DNA of 35,033 nucleotides. It comes from an uncultured Nitrospirota bacterium (GTDB lineage: Bacteria; Nitrospirota; Nitrospiria; SBBL01; CAZOFZ01). Under the pieces are notes generated by a model. That model was not told the origin of the DNA and searched no databases. It saw only the letters and a list, made by a program, of their open reading frames with translations. The position numbers and the translations under genes are program-made. The stretch's first letter is position 1. Every line of letters starts with the position of its first letter. This document shows, piece by piece, positions 34,439-35,033 of the stretch. The stretch spans positions 7,549 through 42,581 of the forward strand of contig CAZOFZ010000001.1 of the NCBI GenBank assembly GCA_964579175.1, given 5' to 3'.

Positions 34439-35033
34439 ATGATTCCGGACATTAAATGGGCGGATGGATTGATTCCCGCAGTGATCCAGGATGACAAAAC
34501 CCGGGAGATCCTGATGCTGGCCTATATGAACGAAGAGGCGCTTTCGAAGACGCTTTCGACGGGGGAAACCCACTTCTACAGCCGATCCAGAAAGAAACTC
34601 TGGCGGAAAGGGGAGACTTCGGGGAACATCCAACGGGTCCGGCGGCTCTCCCTGGATTGCGATCGGGATACGCTGCGGGTGGAGGTGGATCAGGTGGGCG
34701 TGGCCTGCCATACGGGGCAACGGAGCTGTTTTTTCCAGCCGCTTTCGATGGAACATGAAAATGGGGATCATGAAACCGCAGATCGTGAAACCGCCCCTTC
34801 GGAGGCGTCGGGGGGACGGGAGTGGGACATGCTCTATGCCACCATCCTGGCGCGCAAGGCGGAGCCGTCTCCGGACTCTTATACCTCCCGGTTGTTCGAG
34901 GGGGGACCAGACCGCATCCTGAAGAAGGTGGCGGAGGAGGCGGGGGAATTTATTATCAGCGCAAAGAATGGTCAAAGAGAGGCCATTGCCCATGAAGCGG
35001 CAGACCTCCTCTATCACCTGTTTGTCGCCCTGG
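34439..35033 (+). CDS. hisIE: bifunctional phosphoribosyl-AMP cyclohydrolase / phosphoribosyl-ATP pyrophosphatase (3' partial)
   Basis: Hand translation from the ATG at 34439: [19 protein letters not shown]...[21 protein letters not shown]...CDRDTL...[12 protein letters not shown] (HisI), then [24 protein letters not shown]...[11 protein letters not shown] (HisE). The frame is open to the window end and is absent from the ORF track because there is no stop. Confidence 0.9.
   Translation, partial: MIPDIKWADGLIPAVIQDDKTREILMLAYMNEEALSKTLSTGETHFYSRSRKKLWRKGETSGNIQRVRRLSLDCDRDTLRVEVDQVGVACHTGQRSCFFQPLSMEHENGDHETADRETAPSEASGGREWDMLYATILARKAEPSPDSYTSRLFEGGPDRILKKVAEEAGEFIISAKNGQREAIAHEAADLLYHLFVAL

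Noticed and set aside
34235-35017. 260-aa minus-strand ORF
   Set aside because: Antisense to hisF/hisIE. The plus-strand frame from 34439 gives an unmistakable HisI-HisE sequence.

Overview
High-GC bacterial chromosomal window, almost entirely housekeeping genes. The five-subunit 2-oxoacid:ferredoxin oxidoreductase cluster, complex I genes and GC content suggest a Nitrospirota-like (Leptospirillum/Nitrospira-type) autotroph; this is inference only. Gene order: nuoD'(partial)-nuoC-nuoB-nuoA (minus); rpsB-tsf-pyrH-frr; alr-mlaE-folC-lptD; a PRMT-like methyltransferase (minus); tolC plus a periplasmic adaptor; comM and a PilZ protein (minus); an ureohydrolase and a class-III aminotransferase; a two-gene insert; an OFOR cluster (epsilon-alpha-beta-[DUF29]-gamma-delta) with a clear terminator; a small double zinc-ribbon ORF; nadC-birA-coaX (minus); a CNNM/TlyC-type protein; hisB-hisH-hisA-hisF-hisIE' (runs off the window). 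The main finding is at 18574-22588. A 923-aa fusion of a PHP phosphoesterase domain to an SMC/ABC-like ATPase with a coiled-coil insert overlaps by 11 nt a 417-aa Schlafen/AlbA_2 + HATPase_c_4 protein. The pair is patchily more AT-rich than its flanks and sits between core metabolic genes with no mobility genes. I read it as a candidate, possibly undescribed two-gene anti-phage/anti-MGE system related to single-gene PHP-ATPase (Ppl-type) defence genes. Secondary observations: a DUF29 gene inside the OFOR operon; a PRMT-like methyltransferase with a PqqD/RRE-like C-terminus; a dispersed ~30-nt repeat family in four places (two coding, two intergenic contexts); and three tandem 12-mers enclosed by a 10-bp inverted repeat in the nadC/CNNM divergent spacer. 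No rRNA, tRNA, CRISPR array, transposase or integrase was recognised.
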